DNA of 57,475 nt, counting the filler, from Dugesia japonica (taxonomy: Eukaryota), in assembly GCA_001938525.1 (NCBI GenBank). It is 6 parts of 6 records of this genome, joined end to end, with 100 filler letters (N's around TTAATTAATTAA, not from the genome) between each part and the next. Parts side by side here need not be neighbours in the genome. Positions count along the whole stretch, not along the records: positions 21,718 to 31,418 come from MQRL01553871.1; positions 31,519 to 40,001 come from MQRL01642562.1; 4 more parts are not named here. One strand, 5' to 3'. The translations under genes were made by a program, and so were the position numbers. This document shows positions 25,923 to 36,995 of the stretch, in pieces; position 1 is the first letter of the stretch; every line of letters begins with the position of its first letter. The notes below the pieces were generated by a model that was not told where the DNA came from, ran no database searches, and saw only the letters and a list, made by a program, of their open reading frames with translations.

Positions 25923-26393
25923 ATGGATTGCGAGTGCACAACAACATCCGAAGATAAACCCGCTCCTTAATCTGTAACCATTATGGATTACAATGGTGTT
26001 GTATTAATGAACAAGAAAATAACAAAAGAGGAAGAATTTTAGATTATGGTACTAAATTTCATAGAATTAAAGAGACATTTTCCAGAAATAAAGAATAAAG
26101 TAATCAGGCGAGTTCAGTGTATGGTGAAAGAAAAAAATCCTGGTGGTACATGATCTCACTTGGAATTAATCAGTTTGAAAATTCCAAAATATCAGTTGAT
26201 GGGAATTATGGATTTAGTCAATGGACAATTCTTTCTATCAGGAAATATCGCAAAGAAAAATGGTGGACGGTGGTATAGTCTACAATTATTGACAAAAAAA
26301 ATATGCGGAATAACTATTCAAACGGGAAAACATTTTACATTCGAAGATACAAAGACTGTCATGGAAATCTATTAAAGAGTGGAAGATGATTGG
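25923..26393 (+). pseudogene. REX4/ISG20/AEN-like DEDDh 3'-5' exonuclease, frameshifted, downstream of gypsy integrase
   Basis: MDCECTT..SVTIMDYNGVVLMNKKI../DYGTKFH..KILVVHDL/LELISL..YSLQLLTKKICGITIQTGKHFTFEDTKTVMEIY*RVEDDW aligns with REX4 ALDCEMV..VSIVN..G....DKYVKP..TDYRT..SGI..RILVGHAL.NDL..SLK.L....LG..IQ..EH.S..DA.A.M.LY....EW. Confidence 0.78.
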
Positions 26394-27469
26394 ATTGATG
26401 ATGTGGATATTTTAACTATGCCAAGTAAAATTATTCGAAACAAATTAACTTTAAAACAGTATAAAAAGAAAAAAGAAAAAATAGAAGATAAGAAGCAACA
26501 GAAACAAGAAAAGGAAGCTAATTCAAGAAATAATTCCGGTGGGTCTGGATAAGTGGAATAATAGTCCAAAATGCGAAATTGTTGAAGAAATTATGATAGA
26601 CGTGGGGGATATTCATGATGTAATAACTGAAGACAGCAATAGTAATATTAAATCAAAAGAAGTTTGGACGCATACTGATGATCTGATAAATACTAAAAAC
26701 ATAGAAATAAGTACAGAAGAATTAATTACTAATATGAATAATATGCAAATAAAAGAAACATGTGTTGAAGTTCGTCGAGGAACAGTTAATTCAACAAAGA
26801 AAGAAGAAGGTAGGGACTAGAGGCTTGGATACAGACTTTGATAACTTTATCAGTGACAAGATATGTATTCAAGGAAAAGAATTCATTCGATCAAAGGCAA
26901 GTGTTTAATATGAAAGTGAAGATTGAATGAAGAAAACAGTCAATTTCAGTTTTTTGGGACACCAATAATTAAATAAATTTTCAAAAAAAAATGTTTTGTG
27001 CAGTTAATATTATATTTATTACATCAGGATTATAAACTCGAGTAAATAAAATTGATAAGCACATAAATATGATAAGATAAAAGAAATGGTCTCATTAACT
27101 TAATTAATTAATAATATTAATTTTCCTAATTAATATTATTATTTTTCTTATTATTATTATAATTCATTATTAGTAATTAGTTGTCATTATTATTACTAAC
27201 TTTTATTATTATTATTATTGTCCATATTATTATTATATTTTTAATTCTTATTGTTATTACATTATTATTCATTGTTATTAGTATTATTAATTCCTAGTAT
27301 TATTATTTATAATAGTATTGATGTTGTAATATTGTTTGTTGTACTGATCATATACACATAGATAAACAAGGTTCGCAGTTTCAATTAGGTAATGTCAAAA
27401 CTAAAATGGGTGGATATGTGGTGAAATGGATAAATAGAAATTTAAATAAAATAAATTAAGTAATATTGT

Positions 27470-27630
27470 AATATTATAATTACAATTATTGTGAGAATAA
27501 TTGTTGGACTTAACCATTNNNNNNNNNNNNNNNNNNNNNNNNNNNNNNNNNNNNNNNNNNNNNNNNNNNNNNNNNNNNNNNNNNNNNNNAAAGTTCAAAT
27601 TTTCGACAATAGTCTTCTTCAGGAACTTCA
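27470..27630 (-). mobile_element. Penelope pLTR with intact minimal hammerhead motif (27591-27628)
   Basis: Minus strand AAGTTC-CTGAAGA-AGAC-TATT-GTC-GAAA-AT-TT-GAACTT with a perfect 6-bp stem I; after a gap, the family tail AATGGTTAAGTCCAACAATTATTCTCACAATAATTG. Confidence 0.75.
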
Positions 27631-29090
27631 ATATTGTAATAAGTCAGAATAAATATATGAAATAAAAATTAAAATTATATGCAAAATAATAACAGAATTT
27701 GTTAATTAAATTTTAAAGTGAAAGAATAATAAATGATAAATTACAACGTTTGTAAATACTGTAATTATGTAATTGGCATTTAAATCGATTAATAAATGAA
27801 AAATGGTGGAAAGCGGAATGAATGTCTTAACGGTGAAAGCATAAGGATGTACAGAAATAAATGAACATTAAAGTGATGAGGTGTGAAGTAGAGTTTAATA
27901 TTAATAAAACATAAAAAGATTATAAAAATTAAAATAGAAATATTACCTTGAAAAACGGCAAATGAGATAAATGATGAGTGTTATGAGGTAAACTAGAATC
28001 GATGATGAAATAAAGTTAAATTAAGGCAATGTTGAAACCTCGTCAGTTTACATGAGATCAAAGACGAGTTGTCTCGGGATGAAATAAAAATAGAGAGTAT
28101 ATTTGAGCAAGGTCATGAGAGTGAAATCGAACAAAGAGTGAAAAAAAAGAAAATTAAGTTGAAATGAAATGGTAGAGGGAAGTCGAGTGAAACCGGTGGG
28201 TATTGAATGAAAGATAAATAACAACAAAGTTTATGCTTTCAGGTGATGATCGAGGTGCTGTTTCTTATTTTATGTTTTGCATGATCTGTAGGCAATTGTA
28301 TTTTCTTATTTAAATTTCATGTCAGAATGAATTAAAAGATGTTTTATTCCAATATTTTAATTTTAGATCATTTTAATGATAGTTAATTCTTTTTGATAAT
28401 TATAATAAAATTTTCTATAATCGCTTATTAAATAACCATGCATAATTTCGTTAATAATTTTTGATTTATCTAGAATTCATTTATTAAATTTCATTTTGTT
28501 TGGTTAAATAATCATAAAGTATTAATTATTTGATGAGATATATTAGTTCATGAGTAAACATAAATATTTTAGTTGAAAAGATGTTCCTCTTAATGTCTTA
28601 GCTGCTATGATCAAGCATATATTTAATTAAACATGATTGCTTAATGGGTTTGGTGCACGAGTAAACGTAATGAACGATATAACATTTAAATAGTAATTTC
28701 CTATCGAAAAGGAATTTTAGGATTAGAATATTTATTTCATAACACAAGTTATTTATTTACTAAAATGTGGACGTGATTTAAAATTGTAATTATTTTGTTG
28801 ATATAGTTATATTTCTCGAATGCTAAATTAATGATAATAATTTTAAAGATATGCACGTGACTTAAAATCTTTAAACTATTATAAGGTAGCGAGTCGGGCA
28901 GTAACAGGTCCTGGGGGCAATAAAGAATGAAGCTCTAGTCGAGAACTTTCACCTCACTACTCGCATATAAATTGCAGATTAAAGAAAAAATGATAATAAT
29001 CGAACTGAAAGTAATATTTTAAATGTAAATGGTTTGATGAATCTATAAAATTGTTCAGAAATATCAAGAAAGATAAATAACTAGGAAGCA

Positions 29091-29533
29091 ATGCAATTAT
29101 TGAACGGATGGTCCTTCACTGCTGGAAAGTGTAATCAGATGCCAATATTGTACGATTCATGTAATGACTATGGTACTGACAAGGACCCATGGTGGATGAA
29201 CGCCAACAAATTACGAGTGAAAGAACTAGAGAACCAGGACCTTAAACAGGAGGTAACAGATTTAAAATTACAGTTGGTAAAGGAAGAGGAGGAGGAGACC
29301 AGGCGAGAACAAGATACGTGGAGGCAGAACCAAGCATTAGCCGACCTCCTGTTCAACACCTCAGGAATACACCTCAGCCTACTCCTCGTGGAACTGTGAT
29401 CAAAAGAGAAATACCGCAACACCAGAAAGTCACCCAGGGTTTATACAGCCCCATCGAGCAAGTCATGCCAACACTCGTGGCTCATCTGGACAATTTAGAG
29501 GAATTCGAGATCGTAGAAGAGATACTTGAATGA
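29091..29533 (+). pseudogene. Orphan frameshifted ORF: coiled coil, Pro-rich linker, acidic tail
   Basis: GC-richer than its flanks; ORFs 29091-29399 and 29318-29533 join by one frameshift (NKLRVKELENQDLKQEVTDLKLQL...PPVQHLRNTPQPTPR...LDNLEEFEIVEEILE). Confidence 0.35.
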
Positions 29534-29758
29534 ATGGGATGTGAATAATTGTGAATATAATTTATTTAGTAGTTGTTGATTAACCTCATAATCTAATATA
29601 TAGATCAGCGAAAGTAAATAAGGAATTATTTTATGTACAAATATAATAGTATTCCTTTTACGTGAATCGAGATTTGTTTTGATAAATTAACAGAAATAAA
29701 CAGCTTGGATACTGACATCCACATTATACTCTTTAATAATAACGATAATTCCAAACTA

Positions 29759-30061
29759 ATGTCATTAACATTTAGCATGACTTCAACAATTTGTAAACCG
29801 GATCGTTCTGAACTGCTACAGAAACAACAAACGAATAGAACGGCAATCAAAAGATTAGGGAAAGATGTGAAAAAGACAAAAGACGTTGTCAGTACGATGA
29901 AGAGAAAGATGTCCGTTTTGCGAGATCGATTGAGTGTGAGTCGTCGGAGAGAATTCACACTCATCGCAAACAACCGAATGTTCGTGGAGAATATAAAATC
30001 GTATTCGGATCAAGAGGCCCCCATCCTCACCAATGTGAAAAAATTACCAACAAATAAATAA
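29759..30061 (+). CDS. Orphan basic coiled-coil ORF, 3' end abutting a Penelope pLTR
   Basis: Open frame with higher GC than flanks; ELLQKQQTNRTAIKRLGKDVKKTKDVVSTMKRKMSVLRDRL. Confidence 0.3.
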   Translation: MSLTFSMTSTICKPDRSELLQKQQTNRTAIKRLGKDVKKTKDVVSTMKRKMSVLRDRLSVSRRREFTLIANNRMFVENIKSYSDQEAPILTNVKKLPTNK

Positions 30062-30067
30062 AAAAAA

Positions 30068-30163
30068 CAAAGCATTTTGATCGAAGCTTTTTTAATTTAA
30101 TGAAACCTGAAATGCGATCAATGGTTAAGTCCAACAATTATTCTCACAATAATTTTAATTGTA
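30068..30163 (+). mobile_element. Penelope pLTR 3' fragment
   Basis: TTTGATCGAAGCTTTT...GCGATCAATGGTTAAGTCCAACAATTATTCTCACAATAATT. Confidence 0.7.
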
Positions 30164-30164
30164 A

Positions 30165-30770
30165 ATACTGTAATAATTTTAAAATTTGTGCCAAACATAA
30201 AAAGATTGTCGCACAGCTTCGAATAAAGAAAAAACAACTGAAAAATGAAGCAAAGAAATCCAGTTTAATTACGAAAAATTACTTCAAGTAAATTAAAGTG
30301 GATGAAGATGAGAAAGAAAAAATGGAAGAAATCATCTCAATAAAAAAGAAATTTGTATAAAAAAAATGAAGTTATGAAAATTAATAGATGTGGATGAAAA
30401 CGAATTTTATCATGAAGTGATTGAACGCAAAATGCTTTTTAATGTTCGTAAAGAACTAATGCCAAAATCACCACTTCCACTATTCGCTTACATTTGTAAC
30501 ATCATATGGAGATGAAGTTTTTTCTAATTTAAGAATTTCACAGCAAATTATCAGTATTAAGTCAATTAAAATTGATTTTATCATATTTAAGAGTATTTGA
30601 TGAGTGAAATTCGATTAAATCATTTGGTTTTGTTGAGTACTGAGGAAAATTATGTTGATTAAACAAATTTTAATGAAATAATAAATAAGTTTCAAAGTGT
30701 AAAAGCACAAAAAAATACGTTTATAATAAATTAAGTCATTAAAATTGTTGGGGCTCCACCTGAGTTGGAA
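30165..30770 (+). mobile_element. Degraded hAT (Tip100-like) transposase C-terminal dimerisation region
   Basis: FSNLRISQQI..MSEIRLNHLVLLSTEENYVD*TNFNEIINKFQSVKAQK, cf. PNL.IALQI..MSQERLN.LA.LSIE......DFDEII.KFA..KARK. Confidence 0.7.
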
Positions 30771-31040
30771 AAAATAACTGGGGAAAAACAGTCCTCAGGG
30801 GAACCCTTTCAAGAATTTAACCCTACCGTCCCTATGGTAGGTTTTCAGNNNNNNNNNNNNNNNNNNNNNNNNNNNNNNNNNNNNNNNNNNNNNNNNNNTA
30901 AACCTTTCGTTCGGGTTCTATATTTTTCCCTGGTATTATTTAGGCGATTTAAACCATTTCTATTAATTAAAATAAAAATTTATTATTACTAAGAGAATTA
31001 AACCATGTCTATTAATCAAACATTTATTATTAATCAATAT

Positions 31041-31418
31041 CTAGATCAAATCTAAGGCTTCAGGATCTAGCCATTGATCTGGGGATGTGATGACAAAGTT
31101 GAAAGTTGCAATGTCGTCATCATCATCCCACTGCGTGGTGTTTGGATTTCCTAATTGTCGAGACAGATCGGCTATATATTGTTTAAGAAAGTCGATCTTG
31201 CGTTGTAACCGAAGCTTATTTTCTGTTTCCAACGCCTTGGTCTGGGTCGCTAAATCGGATTGTTTTTTGACGACGAGATCTAGTCTTTTAATTAGTTTAT
31301 CCCGTTGGTCCAAGTGTCTCAACAACGCTTTTTCTGTCTTGCGTTTCAAATGTCGCTCTACAAGGAGGCGGCGCAAAAGTCGGTGGCAGCGTTTTAAGCT
31401 ATTCGGAAACTGGATCCT
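31041..31418 (-). CDS. Orphan basic coiled-coil protein with acidic/aromatic tail, 5'-truncated by scaffold end
   Basis: Frame is open from the scaffold edge (RIQFPNSLKRCHRLLRRLLVERHLKRK...) to TAG at 31041, with AATAAA just downstream and GC content well above background. Confidence 0.5.
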   Translation of the reverse strand, partial: RIQFPNSLKRCHRLLRRLLVERHLKRKTEKALLRHLDQRDKLIKRLDLVVKKQSDLATQTKALETENKLRLQRKIDFLKQYIADLSRQLGNPNTTQWDDDDDIATFNFVITSPDQWLDPEALDLI

Positions 31419-31518
31419 NNNNNNNNNNNNNNNNNNNNNNNNNNNNNNNNNNNNNNNNNNNNTTAATTAATTAANNNNNNNNNNNNNNNNNNNNNNNNNN
31501 NNNNNNNNNNNNNNNNNN

Positions 31519-31635
31519 TTTCATGTATTCGTAACGACCAATCAAAATTCTTTCATACTGGCACTTCAATTACTAGCACAATCGACGGGGGGCGGGTGGG
31601 GGGTCATCGCGCCAGTGCTGACGTATCCCACTACT
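31519..31635 (-). mobile_element. Variant Polinton-like terminus
   Basis: Reverse complement AGTAGTGGGATACGTCAGCACTGG followed by GC boxes and AGTATG...GATTGGTCG, the same CCAAT unit seen at 37050-37230. Confidence 0.4.
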
Positions 31636-32177
31636 CTTGAATACCAGGAGAATCGATGGCTAAAAAGATGGAAAACGTTTTGAAAGAAGAGGTTGTTTGA
31701 GTATTACGAATAAACGCTATAATGTTTCTAAATAAATATTCTAGGCACTTTGTTATTGTTCAAGTATGATAAATGACAAAGATATTGTAACTTTTATTAG
31801 TATATATCATGAATTTAATATCATTAAATAGCACTGAGATTATATTTGAAATTTAAAAAATTATATTAATTTCAAGATATAAATATTTTCATAATGTAAT
31901 AAAAAAATTTATGTTTAGATTCTGATTATTTTGTTCAACCTGAAAATTCTAAAGAAACAAAATGCGATCTGAAAAACGAAGATTTAACTTTTTTTTTTAT
32001 AAAAAAAACTCACTGCCTATACATTTGTTTGAGAATTCATCCCAAATGTACGGAAATAATTTACGATGAACGCAGAGAAATTTGCTACGTTTGTAGGAAA
32101 TATTCGATAAATGAACATGCTTTAAATGGACTTACTGTTTATGTTGATAAGAGTAAGCATTACTATTCATTTGCTAT

Positions 32178-32180
32178 TAC

Positions 32181-32244
<64 letters not shown>
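32178..32244 (+). repeat. (ATT)n microsatellite
   Basis: Pure ATT run that continues into a gap. Confidence 0.95.
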
Positions 32245-33149
32245 NNNNNNNNNNNNNNNNNNNNNNNNNNNNNNNNNNNNNNNNNNNNNNNNNNNNNNNN
32301 NTACATATATAAATATAAATACATATATTATTTAAATTAATTAGTTAATTAATTATATCCCTAATAATTTTAAATATGAATTTTAATTTTAAATTACCTA
32401 TCAAAATTTTCTTTAATTAAATCGAAAATGCTTTTAGATATTTAATTATTAGTTGGGTTTGGATATGATTTTAATACATTAGAGATTTTTTAAAGTTTTT
32501 ATTTCCAATTATAAATTTTTATATATTAGTGATTTTTAAAATTTTATTCGATTATAATTTTNNNNNNNNNNNNNNNNNNAAATTTTTTACAATTATTATA
32601 TAATTAAAATTTTTAAATTTTTTATGTTTTTAAAATTTTTTTGGTGTTTATTTTAATTATTTACTATATATATAAAAATTAGTGTTATTATTTATGTTAT
32701 ATTCTATCAGTAAATGTATATTCTGTTAAAATTTGGAAAGGAAGAACAGTTGTATTGTTTATAACATCTGAGTTTAAATTTATTGTCATTTTGATTTTAT
32801 CTTCTGTTTTAGTTTTCTGAGAAAGTAGAGTTCTCCATTGTTTTTGTTTGTTGAGATCATTAATGTTTTTAAATTTTCTATATGCTTCTTCATCTTCTTC
32901 ATTTAGATGAAATGTTAGTGGTTTATTTTTTAAGAGATAAATTAAAATTCACTATAGAGTCTTTTTCGAGGAAGAGTTATCCATTGAAAGCTTTAACGTT
33001 TAGATAGTTCTTCGGATTGATAAAACTGAAAAGTATTCTTAGATTTTTAGTTCTCAAATCAAATGGTATTAGTTCTCTTCTTTTTTCTCAATTTTTTCAT
33101 CAAAGTGGAAGTATAAACAATCATTCAGAAGAGTAATATCAACGTATAA

Positions 33150-35420
33150 TTATCCTATTATATTTATTCTATTTATAGAAATTGACAACAATACAGAGGA
33201 ACTCAAAAAGAAACGTTTAGAAACTTAAAAATATAACAAGAATATTAAATCTAAAAGTACTGAGAACAAAATTATTAAAGAAATAAAGAATCTAAAATAA
33301 ATTATTACTCCAACAGACAGAACAAATAAATTGGTAGCCTTAACTGAATAGACATACAAGGATTTTTTCTCTGAAAATCTGAATAATTATGAGATTATCA
33401 CCAATCACTGAAGAGAATAAATGTAATAAAGAACTGATTAAAATGGTAGAAAAATATGAAGACCAAATAAAGTCTTTATTTTTAGCAGTATAGTGTCATG
33501 AAACAGTTCTATCATCTATGTAATGTGTTCCTAAAGATCATAAAACAACAATAAAAGAAAGACCTATTGTCAATGCTTCTGATACTTTATAAATTTCATT
33601 ATGTAAACTTATGGCAGATTATTTGAGACCACTATTAAGTTTTGTTCCAGCACATTTGAAAAATAGTTATGAGTTTGTTNNNNNNNNNNNNNNNNNNNNN
33701 NNNNNNGATGATAAATTTGGTTCATTGGATGAAACAAATCTGAAGAGCCTGAAAATTTCATCGATATTATAAGTGATTTCTTTGAAAATAACATACAGAT
33801 ATTTCATTAATCACCAAAAATGATTTCAAATCTCTTATCAATTTGTGTCTGTTCCCCGACAGCATTTTCATCGATGAAAATAATTTTAAACAAAAAGTGG
33901 ACTGGCAATGGGTAACAATTTGTCTCTTATTTTAGCGATAATTGTTATGAAGTTCATTGAAAATAAAATTATTGTCAAAGCAAAGAAGAAGATACATCTT
34001 TGGTTCAGATTTATAGACGATATTTTATTTGTTTCTAATTCTCCTTTAGAAAATATTTTAGAACTGCCAATAGTTTTAATGATAACATCAAATTCATCTC
34101 ATCTGGAGGTAAAACCGACTCAAAGTCTGCATATATAACAAAAGGTGGTGTTATAGTTTTCGAATAATCCNNNNNNNNNNNNNNNNNNNNNNNNNNNNNN
34201 NNNNNNNNNNNNNNNNNNNNGTTTGTTGAACGAATTAAAAATTATGACTGGAACGATGATAAATTTGGTTCATTGGATGAAACAAATCTGAAGAACCTGA
34301 AAATTTCATCGATATTATAAGTGATTTCTTTGAAAAGAACATACAGATATTTCATTAATCACCAAAAATGATTTCAAATCTCTTATCAATTTGTGTCTGT
34401 TCCCTGACAGCATTTTCATCGATGAAAATAATTTTAAACAAAAAGTGGACTGGCAATGGGTAACAATTTGTCTCTTATTTTAGCGATAATTGTTATGAAG
34501 TTCATTGAAAATAAAATTATTGTCAAAGCAAAGAAGAAGATACATATTTGGTTCAGATTTATAGACGATATTTTATTTGTTTCTAATTCTCCTTTAGAAA
34601 ATATTTTAGAACTAGCCAATAGTTTTAATGATAACATCAAATTCACTTTCAGATTCCTTTTCTAAACACCTTAATCTAAAGGAAACTTGGTGAAGTAATA
34701 ACTATCCAGTTTTAAATGAAACCATTTTACAGTGGACATATATTGCACTGGAGGAAAAATACTACCATCAGGCAGAAAATTTATATAATCAAGGGTGAAA
34801 GAATAAGAGCTGAAATACTATCATCAAATGAAGAAATGAGATTGACTTCCCGCAGGTTGAAAAAAATAAATTTCTAAATAATAAATATCCAAATCGAATT
34901 GTATCTAAGTATTTATCATCGAGTGCAAAATTTAATGAAATTAAACAAAAGACAAATAAAGTAATTAAATTACCTTTTATTAATGAAAAAATAAACAAAT
35001 CATGCAAAATATAATAAAAACTCGAAACTCAATCACAATCCAAGAATTATATTCAAAACGCAAGCACCTTTGGGCATCCAATTACAGAAACCAAGACAGA
35101 ATTTTTGTGGTCCCAAATGCATTTGTCATGGTAGAAATATCTACAATAGAAGAAATATCATTTACCAAATAACATGCACCTTATGTAAGGATACATATAT
35201 AAGAGAATCATGCAGAACCATCAGTACAAGAATTAAAGAACATCTCAACAAAAAGAAAGTGAAGTCTTCAAACACTTTCAAAACAATGTAAAGCATAATG
35301 TTTTACCAGAAAATCATCATATTACCTGGAAAACATTAGGTACAGGCTACAACATGATAATAATAATTAAAGAAGATAAACCTCAGATCAATGTAGTGTT
35401 CAACATGTACAATAATTAAA
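33150..35420 (+). mobile_element. Penelope-like retroelement (RT plus GIY-YIG endonuclease), degraded
   Basis: IITPTDRTNKLVAL; VPKDHK..ERPIVNA; FGSLDETNL; FKQKSGLAMGNNLS; WFRFIDDILFV; IPFLNTLI; KPFYSGHILHW; NNKYP; CGPKCIC..NIIYQITCTLCKDTYIRESCRTISTRIKEH. Confidence 0.92.
34098..34170 (-). pseudogene. Polinton-type protein-primed PolB Exo I fragment
   Basis: Minus strand encodes DYSKTITPPFVIYADFESVLPPDE, containing the PFVIYADFES signature; truncated by a gap. Confidence 0.7.
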
Positions 35421-35659
35421 AAATTTTGAAAAAAAAGTTCATATCAATATCAATAAATAATGTTTAAAATAAATATATTTGCAAAAAACGAAATAATATT
35501 AATACAAAAATTTTTTTTAAATACGAATATGAAAGAAACTTTAAAATGTTTTTTTTTAAAAAATAATTTTAATTTAAAAATAATTCTATTTTAATTGATT
35601 TTAAAATTTTTAAAATATTGCCTTTTGAATATAACATAAATAAAAACAATAATTATATA

Positions 35660-35713
35660 TATATTACAATTTCAATTATTGCGAGAATAATTGTTGGACG
35701 TAGCCATTGATCG
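35660..35713 (-). mobile_element. Penelope pLTR tail fragment
   Basis: Reverse complement CGATCAATGGCTACGTCCAACAATTATTCTCGCAATAATTG. Confidence 0.65.
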
Positions 35714-35729
35714 ATTGATTTTCCATAAA

Positions 35730-36995
35730 GGAGTACTAGTATACTTGGATAATATTTTGATATATGGACAAAATATGATTAACGGGTTTGTAAACTGTTT
35801 TCTTTACTCAAACAAGCAGGCTTAAAAACAAATCCGATAAATGCGTATTCAATTCTGAGGTCATAGAATTAGTGCTAAAGGTATAAGACAAATGAAAATA
35901 CTATCAGGAAAATTTGAGAGGCAAAGACACCAAAATTTACCACATAAATGCGGCCATTTCTAGGTCTAACCAATTATTACAAGCGGTTTATAAAAGACTA
36001 CGCTCTCATTGCAGCACCATTATATGCAACAACTGCTGGCCCCAAAAAAACATTGAATGGACAAAGGAATGAGAAGATAAATTTCAAATGTTAAAGATTA
36101 AATTATGTAGTGCTTCTATCTTGACTTTCTGAAATGACAAAAGTTTATGGTTCTCACACATAAATTGTTCATGAAAAAGAATATTGCGTAGCTCGCAAGG
36201 AGTTGTTGGCATTGCACGATTTCATGGTGTATTTCAAACATTATTTATACGGAAAAAGATTAAGAGCAAGAACAGATCATAAAACTATGACATTTATGAC
36301 GAAGACGAGTAAACCTATTAAAACACAGTTCCAATCATTGATAACAAATTTAGCAGAATTTAATTTCAATTTAGAATTTAGAAAATGAGCAGTACATGCG
36401 AATGCTGATGGGTTTTCAAGAATAGGAGAAAGCTGGTGTTTATAATGTCAGACGTCACATCAAGATGCAAAGGGACAACAAGTTTGGGTTAAAAAAATTA
36501 ATGTATTAAATAAAAAAAAATTTGACAAATTTCTTTGTATATCAAAGAAATACAAAGAAATGATCTTGTTACAAGAGAAAGTATTGAATATATAGAAAAA
36601 GGAAACGTTAATAGTAAGCTGAGTGCTATAGCTGAATGCTATATATTTTTCAAAACTGGATAAATTTGAGATGAATGATGAACTGTTAATTATCAATGAA
36701 AATAAAAAAAGAAAATATTACTTGCAGGGCAATCGATACCCGAATTTATTGATTTCATTGACGAAGAAAAATGTCATGTGGGAAGTCAAAAACTGATAGA
36801 ATATTTGAATGTAAGTTATTTTTGGCCAAATATGAAACGAATTGTAGAACACCAATTAAAAAATGTATGATTTGCAATATGAGAAAGACATACACTGGTA
36901 GAACTAAAGAGTGTTTGGTCAAAAGAACAGAGTTTAGACCTTTAGAATAGGTTTTTATGGATATCGTTCATTTTCCTAAAGCGCAAACTTAGAAA
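35730..36995 (+). mobile_element. Degraded Ty3/gypsy pol fragment (RT end, RNase H, integrase zinc finger)
   Basis: LVYLDNILIY; FLGLTNYYKRFIKDYA.IAAPL; RKELLA..FKHYLYGK..RTDHK; HANADGFSR; CHVGSQK..YFWPNM. Same lineage as 12512-16369; cut off at the AGTAG terminus. Confidence 0.88.

Noticed and set aside
30100-30291. ORFs sharing MVKSNNYSHNN (also 27401-27631 and 44141-44338)
   Set aside because: These are translations of the non-coding pLTR tail, not a protein family.
32029-32340. Poly-Ile/poly-Leu ORFs and other ORFs spanning N runs
   Set aside because: Artefacts of the (ATT)n microsatellite and of translating through gaps.
33687-34645. Tandem duplication of about 400 bp inside the Penelope RT
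   Set aside because: Near-identical copies bounded by N gaps; more likely a haplotype or collapsed-repeat artefact than a real internal duplication.
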